Source: Myxococcota bacterium
Lineage (GTDB): Bacteria; Myxococcota_A; UBA9160; UBA4427
Direction of reading: 5' to 3'
Length of the DNA: 64,000 nucleotides
Assembly: GCA_965250285.1 (NCBI GenBank)
Contig: OZ252299.1
Coordinates: 6,176,001-6,240,000, forward strand
Shown here: piece by piece, positions 26,745 to 37,800 of the stretch
How the letters are laid out: every line of letters begins with the position of its first letter
How positions within the stretch are numbered: the first letter of the stretch is position 1
The notes under the pieces: generated by a model
Database searches by the model: none
Told to the model about the DNA's origin: nothing
The model's input: the letters and a program-made list of their open reading frames with translations, nothing else
Position numbers and translations under genes: made by a program

Positions 26745-27250
26745 AGAGCTCACGCCGAATGAAGCGCATGGCGCGCAACCGGAAGAAGCCGACGCCCCTG
26801 AACCTGACGTCGCTCATGGACGTGTTCACGATCCTCGTCTTCTTCCTGCTCGTGAACTCGGCGAACACCGAGGTGCTCGAGACGCCCAAGCAGATCAAGC
26901 TGCCCTCGTCGGTGGTGGAGGACAAGCCCCGCGAGACGGTGGTGATCTTCATCAGCCCCGAGGAGGTGACGGTGCAGGGCGAGCGCGTGATCGCGATGGA
27001 TGAGCTGCTGGCCAGCGAAGACGCCCACATCTCCTCGATCGGGGAGCGTCTCGAACAGGTGAACGACAGCGTCATCGGGCTGAACACGAGAAAGGTCGCC
27101 GAGCGCCAGGAGGTCACGATCCTGTCGGACAAGGCGGTGCCCTTCCATGTCGTGCGACGGGTGATGACGACGTGCACGAATCATGGGTTCGAACGCATTT
27201 CACTGGCGGTGCTGCAGAAGGCGCCGCAGAAGCTCGTGAAGAACGGATGA
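26741..27250 (+). CDS. ExbD/TolR family protein 2
   Basis: LNLTSLMDVFTILVFFLLVN with the conserved Asp; ILSDKAVPFHVVRRVMTTC. Confidence 0.9.
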   Translation: MKSSRRMKRMARNRKKPTPLNLTSLMDVFTILVFFLLVNSANTEVLETPKQIKLPSSVVEDKPRETVVIFISPEEVTVQGERVIAMDELLASEDAHISSIGERLEQVNDSVIGLNTRKVAERQEVTILSDKAVPFHVVRRVMTTCTNHGFERISLAVLQKAPQKLVKNG

Positions 27251-27256
27251 GAAGCC

Positions 27257-28627
27257 GTGAGTGCTGAATTCTCTCAGGAGCAGCAGGTCCTCCGCGCGGA
27301 GCTCGACGAAGCGCGCGAGCGACTGGATGGGCTGGCCACCGAGCTGCGCGGCATCGACGCCGAGCTCGATGCGCTCGCAGTCGAACGCCGTCAGTTCGAG
27401 ATTCTCGATGACGTCTGCACGTCGATCGAGAAGCTTGGCGAGGCGGGTGGAGCGGATCTGTTCTGGGGTGGACTCCCGGGTGCGAACTTCGACGCGCACG
27501 TTCGTGCCGTGCGGAGCCGAGCCGAGGAGTTCCATCACCGAATCGCCGAGATCGATGCGAGACGCAGCGCACTCGTCGGTCGGATCGCTGACGCCGAGGA
27601 TGCCTCGTTCGTCCTCGAGGACGACCTCGCAGAGGCCGAGCACCAGGAGGAGATGAAGAAGCTCGAGTGGGTCATCGAGCGCGAGGACGACTCGCCGATC
27701 TTCCAAGCCGGCCGCATGCCGTGGGTGCACGGTGGAGAGGACGATGTCCGCTTCCGCAAGGCGCTCTTGCTCGCGATGCTGCTCAGCCTGGTGTTCGGGA
27801 TCATCCTTCCGATCATTCCCCTGCCCGAACCGGATCCGTGGCAGGTGGTCGAGGTGCCCGAGCGTCTCACGCGGCTGATCAAGGAAGAGCCGCCCCCGCC
27901 GCCGCCGGTCGTGCAGGAGAAGCTCGAGCCGCAGAAGACCCAGGCGGAGACGCCCGAGGAGCCCGAGAAGCTCGCGACGGATACGAAGCCGAAGGCGGCC
28001 CCGACGCCGACGACGTCGGAGGTGGTTGCTTCGGCCGGCATCCTCGCGCTCCGCGATCAGTTCGCGGGGCTCGCCGATGGCGAGACCAGCTCGCGGCTGG
28101 GGACGAGCGCTCGCATCAACCGGACCGGTGAGTCCGCATCGGGCCAGGCTGGCCGATCGCTCGTCACTACGCAGACGCCGGGTGCGAGTGGTGGCATCGA
28201 CGTCGGCTCGCTGGGTCGCGACGCGGTCGGTGGTGGCGGTCAGGCCCTTCAGGGCGTGCAGGTCGCCCGGGCCACGAGCTCGATCGGCGTGGGCGGCGGC
28301 AACGATCGCCCGCTGAGCGACGGCCCGGGGCTCTCGCGAACCGACGAAGAGATTCAGATCGTCTTCGATCGGCACAAGGCAGCGCTCTACCGGCTCTACA
28401 ACCGCGCGCTGCGCTCGAACCCGACGCTGCAGGGGCAGATCGTGCTGAAGCTCGTGATCGAGCCCGACGGAAGCGTGTCGCTGTGCGAGGTGAAGTCGTC
28501 GGACATGGATGCGCCTGGCCTCGCCGCCAAGGTCGTCGAGCGCGTGAAGGTCTTCGACTTCGGCGCCAAGGAAGGCATTCCGCCGGTCTCGATCCTGTAC
28601 CCGATCGACTTCCTGCCGGCGGCATAG
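27257..28627 (+). CDS. TonB-like energy transducer with AgmX/PglI C-terminal domain (GltG-like)
   Basis: N-terminal coiled coil, single TM (ALLLAMLLSLVFGIILPII), PPPPPP linker, C-terminal RTDEEIQIVFDRHKAALYRLYNRALRSNPTLQGQIVLKLVIEPDGSV. Confidence 0.85.
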   Translation: MSAEFSQEQQVLRAELDEARERLDGLATELRGIDAELDALAVERRQFEILDDVCTSIEKLGEAGGADLFWGGLPGANFDAHVRAVRSRAEEFHHRIAEIDARRSALVGRIADAEDASFVLEDDLAEAEHQEEMKKLEWVIEREDDSPIFQAGRMPWVHGGEDDVRFRKALLLAMLLSLVFGIILPIIPLPEPDPWQVVEVPERLTRLIKEEPPPPPPVVQEKLEPQKTQAETPEEPEKLATDTKPKAAPTPTTSEVVASAGILALRDQFAGLADGETSSRLGTSARINRTGESASGQAGRSLVTTQTPGASGGIDVGSLGRDAVGGGGQALQGVQVARATSSIGVGGGNDRPLSDGPGLSRTDEEIQIVFDRHKAALYRLYNRALRSNPTLQGQIVLKLVIEPDGSVSLCEVKSSDMDAPGLAAKVVERVKVFDFGAKEGIPPVSILYPIDFLPAA

Positions 28628-28719
28628 CAGGGCGAAGGATGAGTGCGCACGGTGTGCGCGAGAACGAGAAGAAGGTGAAACGAGGAGAATCCGCGACGTA
28701 GGTCAGACGACGTCAAAGA

Positions 28720-28812
28720 GATTCAGACAAAGGCAAAGCCGTCGAAAGGCGGCGACGCAAAGTCACCGGTCTAACGGGCACACCGCCCCAGGACAGCGGG
28801 ACTGCCGGAATC
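28720..28812 (+). ncRNA. Cyclic di-GMP-I (GEMM) riboswitch aptamer
   Basis: GGCAAA-GCCGTC-GAAA-GGCGGC-GACGCAAA-GTCACCGGTCTAA...GACAGCGGGACTGCC follows the class I consensus (P2 with GAAA tetraloop, P3 with receptor); P1 GATTCAG/CGGAATC. Confidence 0.9.
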
Positions 28813-28887
28813 GCGCTCGATGGTCGAGCGGTCTCGGTGGGTCTTCGCAGGTGCATTGCGAGAAGACGAGCACCGAGGCAGAACACC

Positions 28888-31800
28888 TTGCAGCATCAGA
28901 GCGACATCCGGGAGCAGAGGGGCTCCACCGAACGGGCGGCCACGCCGGTTCGGGCGGGGATCCGGCGCGCGATTGCGATCGCGAGCTGGGCGATCGCGCT
29001 GCTCTGTCTCTCGGGGGCCAGCGCTCAGGCGCAGCCGGTGCCAGCGACGTGTCCTGCCCAGCTCGGGACGGAGACGCTCGTTCGGCACGACATGTCGGTG
29101 AGCTTCTGCGAGCTGTGCGATGTCGGCCAGGCGACGATCGTCGTCGAGAACCCGCTGAGTACCTTCCCGGGCGACGTCGACTTCTCGGACATCACCGTCG
29201 TCGAGAATCTCCGCAACACGGGTCTGACCTACGCCGGTAACCCGCAGTTCTCGTTCAACAACGCGATCCCCACCGGCGCATTCGCGCCGACGGTATCCGG
29301 GACCGACGACGAGATCCTCACGTGGGATCTGCCGGCGGGCTTCACCCTGCCCGAGGTGCCCGGCTTCGGCACCAGCTCGTCGATCACGATTCAGTTCGAC
29401 GTCGAACGCCAGAGCTCGTTCACCGAAGAGGGGCTCGTCACCTCGACGCCCGACCGCGACATCCAGGCGTCGGTCATTCTCGAACCGTCGTGTGCGCCCG
29501 GTGAGATCTACGGACAGTCGACCGGCTTGAACGAGCTGCCGCTGCAGGAGCCCGAGCTCAACCTTGCGCTCTCGGGTCGCAACCTCGACGCGGCGCAGGG
29601 CGGCTGGTCCGACCCCGTCTACGGTCACGAGGGTGACGACATCATCTGGCGTCTGCGCGTGCGCAACGATGGCGAAGCGCCGCTCCAGGATTTCGTCTTC
29701 GACATGGCCCTGTTCGACAGCGTCGGCGGCCCGGGCGACTTCGAGCTGACCCACATCTGTACGACGAACGGCGCGGCGGCCGCGGCTTCGGCGGGCGCGA
29801 GCCCCGCGAACTGTCGGTCGCTCGCGGGCACCAGCAGCTCCCCGAATCTCGACATTGCGGCGCTCTTCGGCGGCGGCGCGAACCCCTACATCGTGCTCGG
29901 ACCGAACTCGCAGCGCTTCTTCTACTTCGCGGGGCGCGTCAACACGAGCTGTGACGAGCTCGATGCGCTGGCCGACAACGCTCAGTGGGGCTGCCAGAGC
30001 GAGCCTCCCGTGGGCGGGATCTCTCAGAGCTCGACGGGCATCACCGACGACGGGACAGGTCTGCTGCGCACCGAGTCTGAGGAGGCTCGGCTCGACTTCG
30101 ATGTCGACTTCCAGGGCGTGAACGACCCGAGCCAGCCGCTCGGCGCCCGCGGCAACGTCGTCGTCACGATCAACAACGTGAGCCGCGGAACGATCTACGG
30201 CGACACGGACGGCATCGAGCTGCAGGTCGATCTGCCGGCGCAGTACGTGGTCGACCCCTCGCTGCCGCCGATCTTCGACATGGATCCGGCGTACGGCAAC
30301 TACCAGGGCATGATCGACACCATGTCCTGGGACAACCCCGACCCGGGGACCGATCCCGATCCGTCGGCCGATCCGAACGCCCAGCTGAACAACGACAGCC
30401 TGCAGTTCACGCTGACGAGCTCGAGTCAGAACGCGCCCGGCGGGCCTTATCCGATCCAGGAGCACCTGATTCGCCACGGCGACGTCGTGACGATCACGAT
30501 CCGCGTCGTTCAGATCGATCCCACGTACTACGACCTCGACGCCGACCTCGACATCCGTCTCGAAGATCCGGCGAGCACGCCGATGCCCAACACCGACCCG
30601 ACCCAGACCTTCGGGGTCACGGGCCAGGCCGATGTGTCGTACGAAGAGTTCTGCACTGGCAACAACCACCTCGTCAGCGACGTCGAATTCGATACGGCGA
30701 ACCCCGAAGACCTCGACGTCGACATGACAGGCGGCGAGCTCGTCTTCATCCTGACCGACTCGGGCGATCCGTTGCCCCTGTCCGTCGAGCTGACCAACAA
30801 CGGTGGCCACGACGCCGACGACTACCAGGCCTACGTCACCTTTGGCCAGGCCATGCAGGTCTCGACGGTGGCGCCTGGCTGTACGCTCACGACCAATCCG
30901 CCGCCGTTGCCCGAGTGGCAGCTGCCCGATCCGCTGCCCGCCACAGGGACAGTCTACATCTGTGATCGCGGAACGATCGGGCCAGGGGACACCGAAGTCT
31001 TCAACTTCGAGGTGGTGAAGAACCCCACGCCACCGTTCGACGACGACCTGACGTTCCGTGCCGACGTGATCGGCGAGAGTCATCTGGCCGACGGCACGCC
31101 GCTGTGGTTCCCCGTGCCTCAGCCTCGCGGCGACGGCATCACCGATCGCGGCAACAACTACACGGTCGACGGCTTGCGGGCCCGCGTGGTCGGCTACAAC
31201 CTGCTCAAGACCCAGCTCGGCGACTGCAACGAGAACAACCCGCCGCCGGGTACGCCCGATGATCTCGTGCAGATCGGCGAGGAGTGTACGTTCCGAGTCG
31301 AATCGGGCGGATGGTTCGGCTTCGAGACGCCGGGCTTCACGTACATCGCAGTCCAGAACGTTCAGGTCGTCGATCAGAACCCCGACGGTCAGACCTACAT
31401 CAGCTCGACCGATCCGCTCATCGAGAGCACGACTCAGATTCAGGGCGTGACGTTCACGCCCCCGGCGGTGCCCCTGACGGACGACTGGTTCGACTGGACC
31501 TTCAACACCGATCCGTTGACTCAGCGCATTACCGAGCTCGATCACTGGTTCCGTACGAACTTCGTGACGCGCATGATGAACGACCCGATCGACGCAGCCG
31601 GGGCGCCGAACCAGCACGCAGCGACGAGCTCGAACGTGCTCACGTCGACGTTCGAGGCGGTCTTCTTCAACCCGTCGATCGGCGGCGAGGAGATCTTCAC
31701 CCTCGGCCCGTCGACGATCGGCTTCCCGCGTGAGGTCTTCCGTCGGGTCGACGTCACGGTGACCGAGCCTCAGCTGACTCTCGTCAAGGAGGTCTGCAAC

Positions 31801-34800
31801 GAGACCCGCTATGGCGTGGGTGCGGCGTGCACGAACTTCGTGCCGCTCGCCGACGACGGCGACGCCTTCGACGAGTACGTCTACCGGATCACCGTCACCA
31901 ACGAGGCAGCGGCCGGCGGCGTGCCCCGTGCGCCCGCCTACGACGTCACGGTCACGAGCGTGACCGACGCCAGCGACCAGCTCGAGGTGCTCGCGCTGAC
32001 GGGCGACACGCTCGACAACGACGGCGACGCACTCGTCGACGGCGCCGATGCGGCCGGCGAAGGCACGATCACGGACACCGTGGTCGAAAACGGCGTCCCT
32101 GCCGAAGTGATCGCATCGTACACACACAGTGACGCGCTGTTGCGCATCGATCCCGGCGACAGTGTAGTGCTGTACTACCGCGTCGACCCCGACGACGACG
32201 TGGCGCCGCTCCAGCAGCTGATCAGCAGCGTGTCCGCGACGTACGACAGCCTCGAAGGCGACTTCGGAAGTCAGTCGACGCCGCAGCAGCCGAACGGCGA
32301 CGAGGCGGGTGCGCGCCAGTACACGTCCGCTCCGGTCGAGGCGACGATCCAGATCATTCCGGTCGAGGTCAGCCCGAAGGAGGTCATCAGCACCTCGAGC
32401 ACGGCCGTCTCGGGGCCGGGCGTCGACCAGCCCGCGGTGATCGGCGAGGAGCTCGAGTTCGAGCTGCAGGCTCTGATCCCCGTGTCGCAGCTGCGGAACT
32501 TCACGATTCGCGACGAGCTTCCGGCTGGCCTCACCTGCGCCGAGGCTCCCGACGTCGATCTCGACGCGGCGCCCTACGACGCAGCGGGCTTCGTGCCGGG
32601 CGGCGTCTTCACGCCGACGTGTACGGCGAACGACGTCATCTGGGACTTCGGCAATCAGACGGTGACGACGTCGAACCGCGTCGACCGACGATTCGACTTC
32701 CGCGTGCAGTTCATCGGCCGCGTCGAGAACGTGGTCGCGAACCAGGATGGGGTGTCGATCGTCAACGGCGGCGGTGGCACCGTCGCGAACGTCGAGTACA
32801 TCAACGAGAGCGGTGGCGCCGTCGTGCTGCCCATCGGGGCGGCGACGGTGATCGTGACCGAGCCCCAGGTCGATCTCGTGAAGGCCTTCTCGGTCGCACA
32901 GGCCGACGCGGGGGATCTGACTCGGGTCACCGTGACGGCGACCAACAATGGCACGGCGACGGCCCACAACATCCGCGTACTCGAAGATCTCACGCATCCC
33001 GAGCTCTCGTACGCCGGCGACGTGCAGGGCACGCTGCCGCCGACCGCTGACACGGTCACGTTCGGTCCCGATCAGCCGCTCTTCACCTGGACGCCGGGGC
33101 TGACGCTCGCGCCGGGCGCCTCGGTGAGCTTCTCGTTCGCCGTGCAGGTGGGAACTGGCGTCACGCCTCATGAGGTGCTCGACAACACCATCCAAGCCGA
33201 CTGGACTTCGCTGGCCGCGAATACGACGGCCCTCAACTCGACGGGGAGCATCGGCGCCGACGGCGCGGCCGACGGCATGCGCATCGGTGCGCTCCCGAAC
33301 GCGGCCGACCCGCTCAACGACTACGAATCCGAAGCGGACGCCTCGATGGAGGTGCCGCCCCTCGCGTTCACGAAGACCGATCTCGACCCCGCGCTCGCGG
33401 CGGAGATCGGCGTTCACAAGAGCTACGAGCTCGCGATTCAGCTGCCCGAGGGCGTCACGCAGAACGTCATCATCAACGACGCGCTCGACGCGGGCGACGT
33501 CAGCTGGGTGCTCGCGCACAACGCGACGTACGACGTCACGTATCAGTTCGATGGCATCTCGCAGGTCAATGGTCAGCCGCCGGCGGAGGCCGCGCTGCTC
33601 GCCTTCCCGAGTGATGGTGAGAGCGGGACCATCACCTGGAACATCGGCGAAGTCGTCACTCTGAGCGAAGACGACCTTACCGTGAACGCGATCACGCCGA
33701 CGATTCGCGTGACGTACTTCGCACGGATCAACAACGACACGGCGACGGACGCGGGCGATTCGCTGCAGAACATCGCGACCACCGACTATACGAACGGCGA
33801 GACGGCGGTGACCGAGTCGCTCGTGTCGGCCGCCGCTCCGATCATCGCCACCGAGAGCACGCTGACGGCGACGAAGGTGCTGGCGAACGTGACCGGCGGC
33901 AAGCTGCCGACCGATCCGCCGGCCTTCAACGACCTGCTCGAGTACACGGTGACGATCGTCAACGCCGGGATCGCGACCGCGTACGACGTCAACGTCGTCG
34001 ATACGTTGCCCCCCGAGCTGACGCTCGAGGTCGCGACGACACCGACCGCGACGCTCAACTCTGTGCCGATCGCAGGTTTCGTGGCCGTGCCCGCGGGCTC
34101 ACCGAGCGGCCCCTTGATCTGGGGCAACGGCAACGGTGATGGTTCGATCGACATCCCGTCGGGCGGCTTCGTCGACCTGACGTATCGCATCCGCGTCACC
34201 ACGCCGCTGCCCGACCCGAGCGTGCTCGCGAACCGCGTCTGGGTCGACTGGACGTCGCTCGATGGTGCCGACGTTCATGAGCGCACGGGCGCAGGCTGCC
34301 CCACGACGACCGCGCCCAACGACTACTGCTTCGGGCCGGCCGTCGCGAGCGGCACGTCCGTCCCCGTCCCGCCGCCCTCCGCCGTGCTGAAGGAGATCAG
34401 TCAGGCTACGGCTTCGGTCGGCGAGTCGTTCACGTACCGCATTACGGTGCCGTCGACGCCCTACGCCTTCCCGATCTACGACGTGCGCATCACCGACGAT
34501 CTCGGCGCCTCGGCGGCCGATCTGCGCTTCGTGCAGGTCGACAAGGTCTCGGTCGCCGGCACCTGGACACCCGTCAACACGGGCACGCCCACGGCGCTGG
34601 TCATCGAGGACACGACCAGCGGAATCGATATCCCGGCCGGTGAGCAGATCGTCGTCGACGTGACGGTGGTGCTCGAAGACACCCCGACGAACGCAACCGG
34701 GCTGTCGTTCACCAACGCCGCCAGCCAGACGTACAACTGGGTCGATGGCGATCCGCTGAGCCAGCGCGCAGGCTTCCCCGGCGTGTCGCCTCCGATGACG

Positions 34801-37800
34801 ATCGTCGGACCCGACACGATGCTCATGGACAAGAGCGGTCCGACCCAGGCGACTGTCGGCGTGCCGGTGACCTACACCCTCGACGTCACGAACACGGGCG
34901 ACGGTCCGGCGTTCGGGATGACGCTCTCGGATCTGCTCCCCGACACCGTCGACGGCGGCACATGCGACGTCGCGCCGACGAACTTCGGCGCGGGCGTGTT
35001 CGAATCGAACGGCACGACCCCGGTCTCGGGTCCGCTCGCGGAAGGCGCCGACTTCACGGTGACGTTCACCCCGGCGCCGACGTGCCGAGTCGACATCGCG
35101 TTCACGGGGACCAACGCCGTGGTCGGTGCGACCGAACGTCTGATCGTGACGTATGACGCCGCGCTCGACCTCGATACCTCGGATTCGGCCGCGCTCACCA
35201 ACGTCGCCGGCGCCACCCAGTGGTTCAGCGCCGAAGGCGCCGACGCGCGGTCGTACACGGGTGCGCTGACCGACGGCACGATCGGCACCGACGACGAGCA
35301 GGATGCGACGACCGTCGCGACGGCACTGCCGCTCTACCGCTTCGAAAAGACGGTGATCAACGTGACGACGGGCCAGGATCCCGCCGTCGACGCGTCGCCG
35401 GGCGACACGCTGCGCTACCGCCTCGAGGTCGAGAACCTCGGCAGCGTCGCAGGCAGCCCGTTCACCCTCGTCGACGAGCTCGATGCGCTCAACGTCGCGC
35501 CCGTCTTCGCACCGGGCAGTCTCACGATCGTCTCGGCGCCGGGTACCGACGGTTCGAGCGCGACGGGGGGTGCCAACGGCACTGGCCTCGTCAGCATCGC
35601 CGACCTGAGCCTGCCGAACCTCGGCGATTCGCTCTTCGTCGAGTTCGAGGCGACGCTCGCACCCGTGGTGGCCGCAGGCACGGTGGTCACCAATCAGGGT
35701 CAGCTCGTGGTGGGCGGAAGTCCGTTCGCCCTGAGTGACGATCCCAACGTCGGTGCGCCCCCCGATCCGCTCGTGTTCGGCGACGAAGATCCGACGACGG
35801 TGACGATTCAGTCGGCCCCTGACTTCCTCATCCAGAAGACCTCGGCGTACCTCGACGGTGACCCGGCGGTGCTGCTCGCGGGCGAGCGCATCCAGTACAC
35901 GATCACCGTGAAGAACGTCGGCAGCGACGACGCCGCCGATGCGACGCTGCGCGACGCGGTCCCGGCCGGCACGACCTACGTGCCGGGCAGTACGACCTTG
36001 AACGGGACGGCGGTGACCGATGGAGCGGGCGGGACCTCGCCACTCGCGACCGGTCTCTTGATCTACGCGCCCGAGGATCCGACGCCGGGCGCCATGCGCG
36101 CCGACGACTCGGCGACGACGACCAACGTTGCGACGCTCGTCTTCGAGGTGCTCGTCGACCCGGCCGCCGCGGACGGCACCGTCATCGCCAACCAGGCTTT
36201 CGTGAGCGCCGTTGGTGGAGGCGTCGTCGATCAACCCTCGGACGATCCTTCGACGCCGCTCGCAGACGATCCGACCCGAGATGTCGTCGGCAATCTGCCG
36301 CTGCTCTTCGCGTCGAAGGATGTCGTGATCGTCGTCGATGGCGGTACGGTCGGTGTCGCCGATCCGGGCGACCGGCTCCGCTACACGATCGCGGTGCAGA
36401 ACACCGGCTCGATCCCGGCGACCGTCGCTCAGCTCGTGGACGCCGTGCCGGCGAACACCACCTATGTGGCGGGCAGCACGACGCTCAACGGCCTGGCCGT
36501 ACCGGATGGCGCCGGCGGGACGTCGCCGCTCATCGCGGGCATCGACATCGCGTCGACGTCGGGTACGCCGCCGCTCCCGGCAGCCGGGGCGGGCGTGCTC
36601 GCGCCCGCTGAGACGGCCACGATCGTGTTCGATCTCGACATCGATGCCGGCGTCGCGTCGGGGACGATCATCAGCAATCAGGCGACGGTCCAGACGGCCG
36701 AGCTGCCCAACCTGCTCACCGATGGCGACGGCAACCCGTCGACCGGCCCCGAGCCGACGGTCATCGTGGTCGGGGACGCGCAGGTGCTCACGATCTCGAA
36801 GAACGTCATCGTCGTGGGTGGCGGCGCAGCCCTCGCGGGCGCTGACCTCGAGTACGAGGTCATCGTCAGCAACCCGGGTACGCTGCCGGCGCAGAACGTC
36901 ATCATCACCGACGATCTCGGGTTGCCGGTGCCGGGTCAGCTGACCTACGTCCCCGCCAGCGCGACCATGAACGGCCTGCCGGCCGGCATCGCCGTCGTCG
37001 GTTCGCTGATCACCGCCGACTACTCGACCCTGAATGGTCCGCTCGGACCGGGTGAATCGATCACTCTGCGCTTCCGCGCGACCCTCGACGGCGCACTCGC
37101 CATCGGGACCGTCGTCTCGAACACGGCGACCGTCGCCTGGAATGCGCCGGTCCAGACCGAAAGCGCGACCGTGACGATCACCGTTGGTGGCATGCCCGGG
37201 GCAGGTGTGTTGTCGGGTGCGCTCTGGCAGGACATCGACTTCGACCTCGTCCAGGGCGGCGCCGAGCGCGCCCTCGACGGCTGGACCGTCGAGCTGCTCC
37301 GCTCGGGCGTGGTGGCGTTCACGACGCTCACCGACGCAGCCGGCGGATGGGCGATGTCGGGGATCCAGCCGAACGACATCACGGGCGAGGCGTACGCCGT
37401 TCGCTTCAGCGCGCCGCAGGCGGTCGCGACGACCGCGTCGTTGGGCAACACCGATTCCGCGTTCACCGATGGCCCGCAGCTGATCAGCAACGTGCTGGTT
37501 TCGTCGGGCTCGGTGCTCGCCGATCTCAACCTGCCGATCCAGCCGAACGGCGTCGTCTACGACTCGATCGAGCGCGTTCCGATCCCGGGCACGGTGCTCC
37601 AGATGCGCAACGCCAACACGGGCGTCGCGCTGCCGAGTGCATGCTTCGACGATCCGGCGCAGCAGGGGCAGGTGACCCTGGCCGACGGCCTGTACAAGTT
37701 CGATCTCAACTTCTCCGACCCGGCGTGTCCGAGCGGAGGGGGCTACCTGATCGACGTGACGGGCGCGGCGACGGGCTACTCGCCCGGCCTCTCGCTGGTC

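Noticed and set aside
18980..28627. Ordinary Tol-Pal or TonB-dependent uptake operon
   Set aside because: There is no tolB, pal or TonB-dependent receptor; two ExbD genes, large TPR lipoproteins and an AgmX/PglI domain fit the Agl-Glt-like core better
28720..28812. 3',3'-cGAMP-sensing (GEMM-Ib) variant
   Set aside because: The position equivalent to Vc2 nucleotide 20 is G, not A
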